Shown here one piece after another: positions 48,875-62,585 of a DNA stretch of 64,000 bases (its first letter is position 1; each line of letters begins with the position of its first letter). A model generated the notes under the pieces. It made no database searches, was not told where the DNA came from, and saw only the letters and a program-made list of their open reading frames with translations. Location of the stretch: positions 69,334,894 through 69,398,893 of the forward strand of contig NC_068984.1 in the NCBI RefSeq assembly GCF_001194135.2, read 5' to 3'. Source of the DNA: Octopus bimaculoides (lineage: Eukaryota). A program made the translations under genes and the position numbers.

Positions 48875-49508
48875 TGGTTTCGAATTTTGGCAAAAGGTCA
48901 ACTATTTGGTGGGAGAGGTAAGTTAATTACATTGACCCCACTGCTCAACTGGTACTTATTTTATCAGCCATAACAGGATGAAAGCCAAAGTCAAACCTCG
49001 TCAGAATTTGAACTCAGAATGTAAAGGTGAGTTAAATGCAGCTAAACATTTTTCCCAGTATGCTAACAATTCTGCTAGCTCACCTCCTTAAGACTATCAG
49101 ACATATTGGTTTCAAATTTTGGCACAAGCCCAGCAATTTTGAAGGAGGATGTTAAGTTGATTACATCGACCCCAGTGCTCAACTGGTACTTATTTTATTG
49201 ACTCCGAAAGGATGAAAGGCAAAGTCAACCACACTGAAATTTGCACTCAGAACATAAAAAACAGGTGAAATGCCACTGAGCATTTTGCCTGGCAGGCTAA
49301 CAGTTCTTTTCTACTCTAGGCACAAGGCCTGAAATTTATGGGGAGAGGGCCAGTCGATTAGATCGACACCAGTATGCAACTGGTACTTAATTTATTGATC
49401 CCAAAAGGATCAAAGGCAAAGTCGACCTCAGCAGAATTTGAACTCAGAATGTAGACAAACGAAATACTGCTAAGCATTTTGCCTGGTGTGTTAACGTTTC
49501 TACCAGCT
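48875..49508 (-). mobile_element. Three consecutive same-orientation SINE family B copies
   Basis: AACTGGTACTTA...GGAT.AAAG.CAAAGTC...GAA(T/A)TTG.ACTCAGAA occurs three times (about 48945, 49180, 49380). Confidence 0.8.
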
Positions 49509-50569
49509 TAATGATATCAGATATATTAAGAATCTATTTTGGATATAGGTCTGTTATTAATCTAGATACACCAGTATGGTGCAGAATCATTCATCAAAAT
49601 TCACTTGTGGAAATATATTGTCATCATGTATCAAATGGAATTCACCAATCAAGAAATAAATATGAATATATATTAATTCAAGTGAAGAAGCAGAAGACAT
49701 CACACTTTCACATGAATGATAACTTTTAAGAATCTAAAGTCACTTTTCTTTTTAGTTTGGCAATTTGAGATATAGAACCCTAACTTTGTAAGCCACCAGC
49801 GATGCAATATCAGGAGTACCCTAACTTCAAACAGAGAAAGGAAAAATCACTACCCGCAGGATAGACATGGCAACCTCCTCCCCGCAATAAGGAGTTACCA
49901 ACGAAAGTTGTGTTCCAGCAAGCTACTAAACAATCATGCACAATAAACTCGTACCACACGCAATAATTACCAACGACGGCCCCTTTATAAACAATTCATT
50001 CAAAAGAGATGTCTCAATGTATTTATAAACAATACATTCAAAAGAGATATCTCAAGAATTCAATCACTACTACCATCCACAACAAGTCACTTTCAGGGCA
50101 CTTGACCATTTAACATCCTACTACTATCATGGCACTCCCACATTCTTCTTCTCCACTTCCTCCTCCTCCTTCTTCCCTACCAAGAATTCACAAGGAGCTC
50201 GAACCCACAAGATTAAACAAATTATTTTAGCCTTTTCTACCTTGACGTTTTNNNNNNNNNNNNNNNNNNNNNNNNNNNNNNNNNNNNNNNNNNNNNNNNN
50301 NNNNNNNNNNNNNNNNNNNNNNNNNNNNNNNNNNNNNNNNNNNNNNNNNNNNNNNNNNNNNNNNNNNNNNNNNNNNNNNNNNNNNNNNNNNNNNNNNNNN
50401 NNNNNNNNNNNNNNNNNNNNNNNNNNNNNNNNNNNNNNNNNNNNNNNNNNNNNNNNNNNNNNNNNNNNNNNNNNNNNNNNNNNNNNNNNNNNNNNNNNNN
50501 NNNNNNNNNNNNNNNNNNNNNNNNNNNNNNNNNNNNNNNNNNNNNNNNNNNNATTATCATTATTATTAT

Positions 50570-50607
<38 letters not shown>

Positions 50608-51639
50608 GCACACATACACACATACATACATATATATGTACACATATATATATATATATGCATGTATATATATATATAAACAAGCAGAATTTAGTTATGG
50701 AGTAGCTTTTTCAATAACTTATAAAAATAAATTTATGAATACTTTTGATCCATGTCAAACTTCTTTAATTATAAAGTGTATTTTGTTATTTTAAGAATTA
50801 GAATTTTAGCAAACAATTTATTTATGTCTACATTTACAAACTGCAGGTAACTGTATGATAAAACACATATGTAATTACTTTTACATTCATGTTTCCATGG
50901 GGGAGAGATGGCTTGTTATGTATCAAATCAGTTTTTATTTGGAGTCGGTGGGCCAAGAACTATGTTTGCTCCTACATTAGATGCTGGACATACTTTGCAA
51001 TGACTGGATGCATTTACTATCACTCAGCACTTACAAAGGAACAAAATGCGTTTTGTCATGTTTCCCACACTATAGTGATTGTTATATCTATGGCAACACT
51101 GAAGAACGTTTCTCAACAACTTAACAGAGTGTACTGAGTCCATTTTATGGTGGCATCAGAGCAAGAGTGGCTACCTTACATCCAGCAAGTGTACTCATTC
51201 CCTTTCTTTGCTTTTGTAAAGCTGTTCATCAGTATTCGAGAGTTATTTAGTTCCCAAAAACCAGAAGAAAAAGTAATGAAGGAGGAGCAATGCAAAAGTA
51301 TGATAGATGAAATCATAAAAATAAGTAATTACAAGAATAACAAGAAGAAAGTGATTGAGTGGGGACTAAAATAGATAGAGAGTGGGGTCTGTGTAATGTT
51401 CTTTTATGCACCATTACATTTTATACTTGAGCATTATACAATCTTTTTTATTCTGCTGAGGTAACAGCTCTCTCAAATACTTCCATCTTGTTCCTATTCT
51501 GGCAAATATATTTTCAGAAAACACATTTTCACTGAGACAAACACACACAAACAAATGTTTATATACATACATACATATACACAGACATACATACATATGA
51601 ATATATACATGTGTGTATATATATATATAAAAGACACCA

Positions 51640-51853
51640 TTTCGAGCGTGGCCGTTTTCGTGCGGGTGACACGTAAAAGCACCCACTACACTCTCTGAAT
51701 GGTTGGCGTTAGGAAGGGCATCCAGCTGTAGAAACTCTGCCAAATTGGATTGGCGCCTGGTGTTGCCATCCGGTTTACCAGTCCTCAGTCAAATCGTCCA
51801 ACCCATGCTAGCATGGAAAGCAGATGTTAAACGACGACGATGATGATGATGAT
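51640..51853 (+). mobile_element. RTE 3' UTR/tail fragment
   Basis: GACACGTAAAAGCACCCACTACACTCTC...GGTTGGCGTTAGGAAGGGCATCCAGCTGTAGAAAC...GTTAAACGACGACGATGATG. Confidence 0.8.
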
Positions 51854-51861
51854 GTATATAA

Positions 51862-51907
<46 letters not shown>

Positions 51908-53020
51908 GTATGTGTGCTTGTATGCATGCATGTATCTATGTATCTATGTATCTATGTGTATATGTATGCATGTATATGTAAGAGAGTGAGAGAGATTACA
52001 GTATGCGTTAATTAGCAGATGATTATCTATAATACCTAATTTGAGAAGACATAGCAACTAGTTAATATTGATAGTTTCCACAGAGGTTAATACTGATTGG
52101 AAAAATTATCAATCATGATGACTCGAACAAAACTGATTAATTATTTTTTAACCTGTGAAAATCATTTAATTGACAGGAATATTACTGAGAAAAGCAAAAC
52201 TGTTCAAATGCATTTTTCTTAGTACTTACTGTTTGTTTTTACTCAGCAGTCCCAGATCAGCTCTGCCTAAACAGATTTATAATCAAAAGTGTTCCACCTT
52301 AATCATCCCATCTTTTTGTAGCCTATATGCAGGACTATGTTAACCAAGTTTAGTAAGTATAAATTTTGCATGAAATTTTTTTTTTCCCCCGTTCTTAGCA
52401 TAAAATATAAAGGTTGCAGCTTTGCAGAACAGAGAACCATTTGTAAATGACCTAAAATCAATTCCCATAACACAGACATATAATACTAAGAAACAATTAG
52501 ATTTGTTCACAACATTCTCACATGAGGTAATAATGTGTTGTCATCTAACCATTTATTATCAACTAACATCACAGTTTCCTCAAGAACTAGGTGGCTGCTA
52601 AGTTTTAAATAATGAAGGCATGAATAAAAGAATCAGAATTTTGTAAGAGTGTATATTCCTGGTGTAACAATAATACATCTTCACACTGTTTCTAACAAAT
52701 ACACATTGTAAGTACTGTTCCAAAGTATAGTATACTATTACTGAAACTTGTGACATTTCTATTATAAAGCTATATACAAGTTAGTCTTATAAATATTCAA
52801 CATAATAGCTTTCACTTTCCATGCTACAGTGTTACACTAGTGGAATTTAAATAGGTTATCTTGGGTAATAAATTATATGTAAATCTTAAATTTGCTTGCT
52901 TTTTCACATAAATTTTAATTTCAAAGAAAAAGTATTCTAAAGTTACCTACATTACATAGGTAATGGTTTCTGAATTCGAAACAGGGTCACATTTGATATT
53001 TTAATATTATACTGTTGTGA

Positions 53021-53210
53021 GGTGGTGAGCTGGCTGAATCATGACAGTGCTATGCAAAATGCTTAGCAGCATTTCATTCATCTTTATATTCTAATTTCAA
53101 ATTCATCATTTTGGGGATGATAAAATTCATACAAATTGAACACTGGAGTCAATGTAATCAACTTATCCCCTTTCCTAAAGTTCCTGGCCTTTATGCCATA
53201 ATTTGAAACA
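53021..53210 (+). mobile_element. SINE family B (diverged)
   Basis: GGTGGTGAGCTGGCTGAATC...AAATGCTTAGC...TGGCCTTTATGCC. Confidence 0.6.
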
Positions 53211-53534
53211 TATATCAACTTTCTGTTATTTGCCTTCACATCAACTCTGATAGAGTAGACTTAAAATGAAAGGCATTCCAGGTGTGACCATTATGTCTTT
53301 TCCCAAGGTACATTGCAAAGCTATATTATCCAGTGTGTCTTTTTTAAGGTTCAGTTATTTTCTTGTAAGAGTGGTGGCATTCTAGTCAATTGAATTAATA
53401 CCTGCATCTATAATGTAATCAACATCATTTTATAAAGTGGCTTTTTATGCATGCTTGGATTAGCAGGTCATTCTGAAAGTAGCACTCAATAATTTCTCTA
53501 ACCCTCTCAGACATGGCTCCTGTGTCTAACTTAC

Positions 53535-53549
53535 CCTCCACCTGGGTTC
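53535..53549 (-). other. Candidate 15-nt microexon
   Basis: tttttttttcttctcag|GAACCCAGGTGGAGG|gtaagt; open in all three frames. Confidence 0.4.
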
Positions 53550-53639
53550 CTGAGAAGAAAAAAAAAATAATAATAATAATTACATATACTTCTCAAAGGT
53601 AGCGATTGTAGGCAAGCTAATGAACATAATGGTAAAACA

Positions 53640-53842
53640 ATTCAAGAGAATAACAATAATAAACATTTCTCTCAACTACCATATTTACTGGGCAAACTAA
53701 AGAACAGAATCACAAAATTTCAGGAGGATAACAATAATAGGCCTCTCTCTCAACTACTATATGTTAGGCAAACTAAGGAGCAGAATCACAAAAATATTCA
53801 GGAGAATAACGATAATAGGCCCATCTCTTAACTACTATATTT
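53640..53842. repeat. About 72-bp minisatellite, about 2.5 units
   Basis: CTCTCAACTAC.ATAT...GGCAAACTAA.GA.CAGAATCACAAAA..TTCAGGAG.ATAAC.ATAATAGGCC is repeated. Confidence 0.8.
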
Positions 53843-54999
53843 GATCACCCATATCGCTACTTTTCTTATCACTTTCACTCATTTGATTGTCCAAATCACT
53901 TTCATTGCTAGAGTAAGTGTAAACTTTTCTTCTGAAGAATAAACATTGCCATTAATTTCCTCAAATGCAAAGAGTCTAGGCCTTGCTCATTTATAAGACG
54001 AGGTGCTGGGTTCATGACATGCTTGTTTCATCACAAAATTCTTTTGTTTTCAATTAAAAACAAAAGTATACAGCATTTATGGGGAACACCATTAATAACG
54101 AGTCATAAACACACTTCACTACAAAGCTGCATTGCAATCAGTTGTCTAATTTCATTATTTTATATTCATTTTCTACATGTGTTGTTCATTACCACTTTAG
54201 CAGAAATCCAGTAGCGATGACATTTAAGCTATTTCCACTATAATGTGAACACCGCATGATGGTTAAAATGCCTAGTTATCTCTTTCAGATTCTAGAGATC
54301 AGTCTTTACCAATTTTTCCAACATCTTCCATCTTTCTTTTTTTGCTGGCTCTTGTTATTTCAGTTGCTTGACTCAGCTATTATCCTTCATATATAACCTG
54401 TGCCTCTACCAGAAATTTTCTTGCTGGCCCATAGCAGATTACTTTGATATCTATTTTCTCCTTAATTTCAACTGTGCTTCATTATTCATAACTAATAAAA
54501 ATAGACATTCAGAGAAAGATGTGTACCACATTTAATTCCAGTCTTGATATATTCATTACATTCAATGTCTGTGTTTCATTAACAAGGAATATTGCACCTC
54601 TTATACAAGCATCACACTGTTTGACCTTATCTTAAAAAGAGAAACCCTTTGATGCTAACAGAGGTACTAGCTCCTAGAAACTTTTCTACCTAGACTTTAG
54701 TTTTACACTAACTGACAAACACACAGACACACATATGAGAGGTGTACAGTTTGGATTAGTTGGGGTGTTAAGGTCTGTGTCAGCTCATAGTCAGAGATAC
54801 TACCCTTCTAGGCATGGTCAAGGACCATGTCTTATATATAGATGTTAGTTTGGCATGATTTCTACATTTAGATATTTTTCCTAACTCCAGCTATTTTCCA
54901 GAATGTACTGGATGTGTTTTAGAGAGTTACCAGTTCATGTCCTTCACAAGGCAAGACTAAAGGTTTCTTGTAACTCAATAATGTTTGCTCTACCCTACA

Positions 55000-56050
55000 A
55001 TGTCAAAGATCTTCACTAGGTTTGTTGAATGTTATGTGTCGTGGTTTACTACAGTTGTTTCACTAGGAATATGGCACCATTGGTTTGTCTTTTTGGTATA
55101 GTCTAACATTTCATCCAGGCTAATTCTGCTCCTAAGCAATTTTGTATTAACTCTTTCAATTATTTTCTCAACAATCTTATGTCTTTGTAGTTACCTCTTT
55201 CTCGTGCACTTTCTTTGTCCTTGTAGTAGTTTACAATGACATTTCTACATTAGTCATTCGATATGATGCATGACTGAATATTTGAATAGTTAGCCCATAC
55301 CATACATTTCATCTCAGCAACTATGAACCAGCTGCCTTTATGATTCTAACTATAGTATATTTCTACCTGTACATCACCTTATATCTAGTTGGGATCTTGC
55401 ACCAGACACATCTAATCAGTAGCCTTCAGTATATTAAGTCACAAAATTCTTGTTTTTCTCTATGTTATAAATCTTTATCCTTTCTTTCCTTCTAACATAA
55501 GCATCTATTAAAACTTCCACGAATCTGAAGTCAGACAAGATTCTTTCAGCATCTATATTTTCCTTCTCATACATCAAGCTCCAACTCTGAAGTCTTTAAT
55601 CACTAATCTAAGTTGGAGAGTACATTTTCCTAGACTTGTTGATACAATTTTTCACCAGCCATACAGCCAACTGAATATTTACAACGATCTGCCTACTTTC
55701 TTTCCTCGTAGGAATAAAGTCAATTTGGATTGTGTGATCAATGGATTTGTCTGGCTTCTACATTTACCTAAATGGTAGGTGATTAGATGGCTGGCTGGCT
55801 GGTTGATTTCCAGAAATTCCACTTGCAGATAATTAGGTCATTTACATCACAGAACTCCAGAGGTTTGATCTCACAATTCCCATATCGTACCCACCAGAAA
55901 AGCTATTACGTTGCTGAACAATATGTCCAGTAAATTTGCCTGCTTCATAATAAGATTACCTTCTTTTCTTGTTGAGGTGGTCTACTGGCAAGCCATATAA
56001 AAGCAGTTCTGTTGTCCACCTGCCAACCTTCTGTGGTGCTTTGTGCAAAT
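55000..56050 (-). mobile_element. Decayed RTE-clade LINE, endonuclease region
   Basis: Minus strand LEFCDVNDLIIC..NF...PASHLITY-like segment near 55770-55870, typical of the RTE APE domain. Boundaries uncertain. Confidence 0.5.
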
Positions 56051-56126
56051 ATAAATGTTTGCTTTTATTTTGTCTATGGCTAACCTAAGCTTATTTATTT
56101 TATCACATACTCTGACTACCTCAGTT

Positions 56127-57126
56127 CAAATAGGAACAACTCATGACCACCAACTCAACACTGCCAACTCAACGCCAGAATAATTCCACACCAAGACATC
56201 TCAACACCAGGAAAATTGATTAATAAATAATTTATTCATTTAATAACATTATCAGAAATTTATAAACATATTAATCTTAATACATGGCTTGAAAAAAAAA
56301 TGCAGAACTTTTAAAATTCAAAACATTATCAGAAATTTATAAATAAAAAGATTAATCTTAATACTTGGCTTGAATAAAAAAAAAGGCAGAAATTTTAAAA
56401 TTCAAATAAAATAATTTATAAAGGATATAATTATATATGTGTGTATGTGTGTGTGTGAGCGCATTCCAGAACAATGGCATGTTTGCTTCATGATCAGTCT
56501 AAGCTTCTTCAATTTGGCAGTTTGTCACAATAATTTATTGGCCATAACAGCCGATGTAGCTGGTGTCAAAGGTATTTAGATTGTTCTAAACCATTCAAAG
56601 AAGGAATACCAAGAATTCATATTTTTCAACCAATGTTAGCAGTCACAGCTCTTGAGATAGACATTAAGGTGTAGAAATTTTGAAAGTTGGATTCATGAAT
56701 ATATATTCAAATTTTTCATCACGCCCAAAATGGAAATTCTTTGCCAAAGAGGAAAAGAAAATATTGCACACAAATTATATGAAGGCAGATGATAGAACTC
56801 AGCATATTGTTTCATCTTTTTCAGAACGATCTCCCACAGAATATTTGAAGGGAATTGCATACAACTTTCAATAAATTCCTCATTTAAATTTTAGCCTTGT
56901 ATTAAAAATGTAAGGTTTCTCAATTACTTTTATTTGAATTTTAAAATTTATGTCATGTATTAAATTAATCCTTTATAAATGCCTGATAATGTTATAAAAC
57001 GAATAAAGTTATAAAACAAATAAATTATTTATTAATCTATGTTCCTGGTATTGAGTTGTCTGGGTATTGAGTTGGCAGTGTTGAGTCAGCATTGTTAAGT
57101 TGGCAGTGTTGCGTTGTCCTGCACCC
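56127..57126 (+). mobile_element. Mutator-like (MULE) deletion derivative with 9-bp TSD
   Basis: ACCTCAGTT duplicated at 56118-56126 and 57127-57135. Imperfect about 110-120 bp TIRs built of CCAACTCAACAC subrepeats. Internal ORF tail KWKFFAKEE...YMKADDRTQHIV...TEYLKGIAYNFQ* resembles the recalled MULE transposase C-terminus (IWKF..L.KEE...YLRGIAHNF). Confidence 0.75.
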
Positions 57127-57579
57127 ACCTCAGTTACCTTATCAATCCATTTTTCTGCTAATAATATGCCAAGTCTACCTAATTTAACAATATTAACTAC
57201 CCAAGAGAATTTATTCTTTTGTTATTTGGCTATGAAAAGATCATCTTAATCCTTAAACAAAGCAAATCCTCATACCTACATCCCAGCAATTCCAGTCTTT
57301 CTTGACAGACTCTTTTCAGCAAGTAAACCTAAATTCTATACCTTAATATAAAGATGATGGTTTAATGGTGGTGACAGTGAGATAGAGGGGAATTTGACTT
57401 GTTTTTTTTTTCTCTTACTTCTTCCCAACTTCTGTATATGCATACACACATACATATACACTCACACACACACACACACACACTTACACACATGCATGCA
57501 GTACAAATATGCATGAAATATATATATAAGTATGTAATGCATGTATGTGTTATGTGCACACATAGACACACATATCATC

Positions 57580-57738
57580 ATCATCATCGTTTAACGTCTG
57601 TTTTCTATGCTAGCATGGGTTGGACGATTTGACTGAGGACAGGCGAACCAGATGGCTGCACCAGGCTCCAATCTGATCTGGCAGAGTTTCTACAGCTGGA
57701 TGCCCTTCCTAATGCCAACCACTCCGAGAGTGTAGTGT
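57580..57738 (-). mobile_element. RTE 3' UTR/tail fragment
   Basis: CATCATCATCGTTTAACGTCTG...ATGCTAGCATGGGTTGGACG...GGATGCCCTTCCTAATGCCAACC. Confidence 0.8.
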
Positions 57739-57857
57739 GACACACACACACACACATATATATATACTTGCATATAGTTGTCTAAAAAAATGTAATCATA
57801 TAATGATTAAGAGTGGGTGTATTATCATTAATAAAATACAATATCATAATCTCAAAA

Positions 57858-58025
57858 CAGCCAATTATGAAGGTATCTGACATAGTGTTTAGAGTGTTGA
57901 ACTCAGAATCACAAGATCATGGTTTTGATTTCTGGACAAGGTGGAGCAGTGTATTCTTGAATAAAATACTTCATTTCCTGTTGTTCAAATCTGCTCAGCT
58001 CTACATGAGTAATCCTGTAAGCAAG
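57858..58025 (+). mobile_element. Diverged tRNA-derived SINE (CORE-like head)
   Basis: GACATAGTGTTTAGAGTGTTGAACTCAGAATCACAAGATCATGGTTTTGATT...GTATTCTTGAATAAAATACTT resembles the head at 4640-4759. Confidence 0.45.
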
Positions 58026-59260
58026 TAGCATCTGCTTAGGGGAGAATATTGTGATCTTTGTCACTTATATTCCTTGGAAAGGGGATAACCAAGCCTATGA
58101 ATTGTAGGTTTGAAGACAGTTTATAACAACCAATTTACCAATAAATTTCATAGCAGGACTTGAAAAACGCCTTGCATACAACAGTAAAGGTTGAAAGGAA
58201 TTGTATAGTACCAGGTTCTTTAGCACTGAAATTCTGAAAGCATCACAGATGGATTGCAGGTTTTATGGCTGTAGTAAAAAAAAAAAAAAAAAAAGAAGTT
58301 AGGTCAAAACCGATGGAAATAAAATACATTTAGTTCATTAGAGTTTATGCCTCTTGGAATGATACCAAAAATGACTACCATGGTATAGAGTGAGAGTGGA
58401 GTGGTACAGATGCTGGGGTGGGGAGTGAGGAGAGAGTTTAGTAGGTGAAGGTAATTTTAAATCATGAGTCCATGTATATCTGTATATGTGTTAATATATA
58501 TCACAACTGATATAGCAGGTCTTATATTAATTCCTTAGATTGCAGTGAGAGGAAAAAGCTAGCAGAGGGGGCAATGCTTATGTTCATGGTGTAGCTAGCA
58601 ATATAAACATTTTCACTCATGCAGATCACAACAAAGATGCTTATTTATACACGTCAGGTAAGTGCCCAGGTGGAGCGAGTTCTTTGGTATGATCCTTTTC
58701 TCAACCAAGCAGAACTTGCACCTCCCACTGCTCTAAAGTTTATACTTTTCCTGTATCTTCCACATGATATTGTAATGTATAGCATTTTTCTTTAAGGTTC
58801 AATTATACCTTACTAGGGACGTGATATTTTGCTTCTTTTGGATATTAAAGATAGACTTGTGGTGTTGAATGTGGTCCTGAAGTAACTTACTCTTTTTTTG
58901 TTCTTCCATTTATGGGACATATATTATAAATGTGAGAATAAAATGAGTAAGTCAAAAGCAAGTTAGAAAGGTAGTTCAGAAAGAGGGTGTGAAATTAAAT
59001 TGTATAAAAAAACAAACATTTACTGAATCATTGAACATAAGATACAATAGCATAAAGGTGTAAAGGAGAAAACTTACAGATATTTGTAAAGAGTAAAAAG
59101 TGAGTGAATATGTATGTATCAGATTGAATGAGAAAAGAGATAAAGAAGAGGTGAAAGGAGGAAGTAGGTAACTATTAAAGTGTAGAAGAAGGAAAAGGGG
59201 GAGAAAGTCAATAATATAAGGAAATGGAAGGAATATGAAGAGAAAAGATATGAATATATA

Positions 59261-59335
<75 letters not shown>

Positions 59336-62300
59336 ATACACACACACACACACGCATGCAGGCAGTACAGTGAAAACAGCTGATCAGTACTTAACTGAAA
59401 TAAATTGATATGGCACAGAAGATTCAATAGACAAAAACAGATTTGAATTTTTACGAATTATGAGAAAAGAGATGTCAGTTTATCAATAGTTTGCAGTTCA
59501 CATTTGAAATACCTTTGAACAAAATAATCTAATAGAGAGCCTTTGACACAAAAAGATAGCTTAGGAAGAAGAGCTATAAATATTCATAGGATATTTACAT
59601 TACTTGAAGGACCTTCAAAAAAATTATTGAAGAATTTCAAAGAAATTCCATTTATCACAGTGCAATATATTCAGTCTGTAGGCAAAATAAATTTCATAGA
59701 ATGAACTTGTTTTGGGGAGCACATTTCAGCACGAGGTCATTCTAAGAATTTGACAAGTTGAGCTGAGACATCTACATGAAATATTTTTATCAGATACACA
59801 AACAGTATAAGAGAACTAACTGAATGTGTTTGGACAATTTCAATCACTGACTACACTATTTTATGTTGTCTGTTTAAGTTTCCTGATATGCTAACATAAG
59901 AGGTAGTGAATATTTTCTCTGGGTGCTTAAAATAATATATATGTTGTGCGTACCTGCTCTTAACTTTCCATTCAGCCAGTCCTAAATAAGTTTGTTCACT
60001 GTAGCTTACCAACTTCACTTTAGTACTATATATCAATTCCCAGTGAAGGGATTTTGCCATCCGTTGCCTTGACATTGATTACTTGATGGAAAGCTTTAAC
60101 TGTATTTACTTCTTATTCTTTCCTTTCCTCTTGTTCCATGTGTAACTTTTTTATTGATTTAGTTTTATTTTCTCTCTAACCATAATGCTTAGACCATACA
60201 TCAATCATTCTAAATATTTTCAATATTCAGTTTATATTGCAAGCCTTTAAGTCTAAGAATTTCATTTGTCATAAGCTTCATTTTGACCAAATATATATTA
60301 TCAATATGATCTTGTAAATTGTAATAAAATAGGTGCCAAAAAGTAATAATACAAACTCTGAGTAATGACTTTGTAGAATCTTAGATTTAATTTTGGTTAT
60401 TTTATATACTTTTATGAGTTCATCTGTGCTAGTTACACTTTTATAATGATTACAACTGCTTAGGACTGAAGTATTTTCTAAAGAGACAAGTGATGCTTAT
60501 GCAAGTAGGTCATTAACAAAAGGAACCAAGTTTAAGAGTGTATACTGCTGTTTACAGAATATAGGTAAGAAGGAGTATTTGCAGTTCCTTTCCAGAGGAA
60601 TTGTCTGAATGAAAATTTAAACCTAAGTGATGAGAGAGAGCTGAAGTCAATATATGAGGTACAGAGCTGGGAGATTCTCTTGCTTGATACTCTTGGTGGA
60701 TTTCTTAGTTTTTGGATAACAGCATGGTTTTACCAACGTCCTTGAGGCTAAGCAACCATTTACATATGAGATATGAGAATCAGTGAGATGCTGCCTTCTG
60801 AAATTTAACACAGTTTTGTATGTACCCTAGGATTAACATAGTTCACTGTAGAGAGAGAAATACTGTAGAATTTGGAGAAGTTTGAAGTTAGCTTTTGAGA
60901 GTAATGTTTGAAAGTAATAGATTAGCTAAGAGTAAAGTACAAGTGAATTTTGGAATTACTTGGTGATGTGTGGATGATGGAATAAGTTTTGCTGTTGGAT
61001 GCCCCAGAGATGTCAGAAATGAAATACATTTCCTGAGTAGAGTGCAATCAGCACTAATTAGCTGGCTTGAAGTATTAGAGCATTACTAGGTCATAGACTG
61101 ACATGCTGTAGGGAAAAGAAGAAAAGTTTTGTAGGTTGCCTTGGTTATGAGCTGATTAGACAAGCCAATAAAAGTAGAGACAGTGATGGTTTTGTGAATG
61201 CTAGATTTCAAAATGCAAAGAATATTAAGTATATTGTCAGAGTTAGTGTTTTCATCAGGAATACAGGTAGGTGATGAACTTTCAGAATGGGAAACTGAGT
61301 TATAAGTAGCAATGTGAGAGGAATGTGAGAGGTTGTGTAGTTAAGAAGTTCATTCACAACCATATGGCTACTGCACAGTATCTTAGATATATGTAGTTTA
61401 CTAGTTTTAGGTTAATCAGCACAATATGAGTAAAATTTTAACAATAACTTGTGAGTATTACAGTGAGTCTTAGATACATATGATATATTTTATTCCAAAG
61501 TGAAGTGAATTGCTTGCTAAATAATCTCTTGGCGAGAGTATATAAATTAATTTAATTTATAAATTTAGGAAATTAAATATCATCTAGATAACCAATGGTA
61601 GCTAAGATGAGGAAACTTTTATGTGGTCATTTAACTTGTTAGAATAAAATGGACAAATCTTCTAACTCCACCCTAATATTTTCAAAAGCAAATAACATAT
61701 TGCATATTGTCATCTTGTATGCACACTGCATAGAAAACTGCATGATCACAGCATGAATGTACTCAATCATGTATTCAATAAGTGCTGATCTTGGGTTAAA
61801 CAACAACAACAACAATGACAATAGCAGAGAAAGCTCTTAAAACATTCCAAACAAGCTTGACCTGTCCTTTGTTTTTATTGTTGTGGATATTGAGAAGATT
61901 CTTCTACACAATCTAACCAATAACATGAATAACCTCATTCTTGATGTTTAACAGTTGATAGAATGGAAATAATTTCCCATCCATTGATTGTTAGACTTGG
62001 TCTTCAATATGTAAAAGTCTTATAATCTGACCATAATTTACAGTCTGTTGTACTTTTATACAACAGACAGAATTCATAATCTTCACATAGTTTCTTCATT
62101 TCCCCACTCATGTATAGTCATCATTTGAGACAGGTTTTCAATACTTCGTTTATTTCATTCTTTGAAGTAGTTTGATGTGTTTAACAATAAGTTTGATCTT
62201 ATGCATTTCCTTACGCTCAGCACCTTGCATAAATAAAAGAGATCTAAGTAGAATTATAGATACGTGTGAATAGTGACATAAACACATTTACATACTTATA

Positions 62301-62538
62301 GATAGATCAAAAGAAACTGGTAAGTAGGAATAGGTGAATGTATGTAGATGTGTGTCAAAACATATGCATTAGAATCAGGAAGAGATGGGAAGAAGATATG
62401 GTTGAAAAAGATATGTTGTAAGAAGTGGTCTGCTCCACATATGATCGTATAACTTTAATGTATAACTTAATCATATAACTTTACAATATAAAAGTTACTC
62501 ATCTTTTCCATGATTACTTCATCTTCCTTTCTCTTTCT

Positions 62539-62585
<47 letters not shown>

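Noticed and set aside
50889-51374. Two plus-strand ORFs as host exons
   Set aside because: They show faint resemblance to the RTE C-terminal region (ERNEAS/CNVSVH-like) and lack convincing splice pairs. Probably old LINE debris.
59990-60090. Minus-frame VINVKATDGKIPSL resembling a cadherin ATDGG.P.L motif
   Set aside because: A stop follows within a few codons, with no DxNDN or LDRE motifs and no long ORF. Likely chance.
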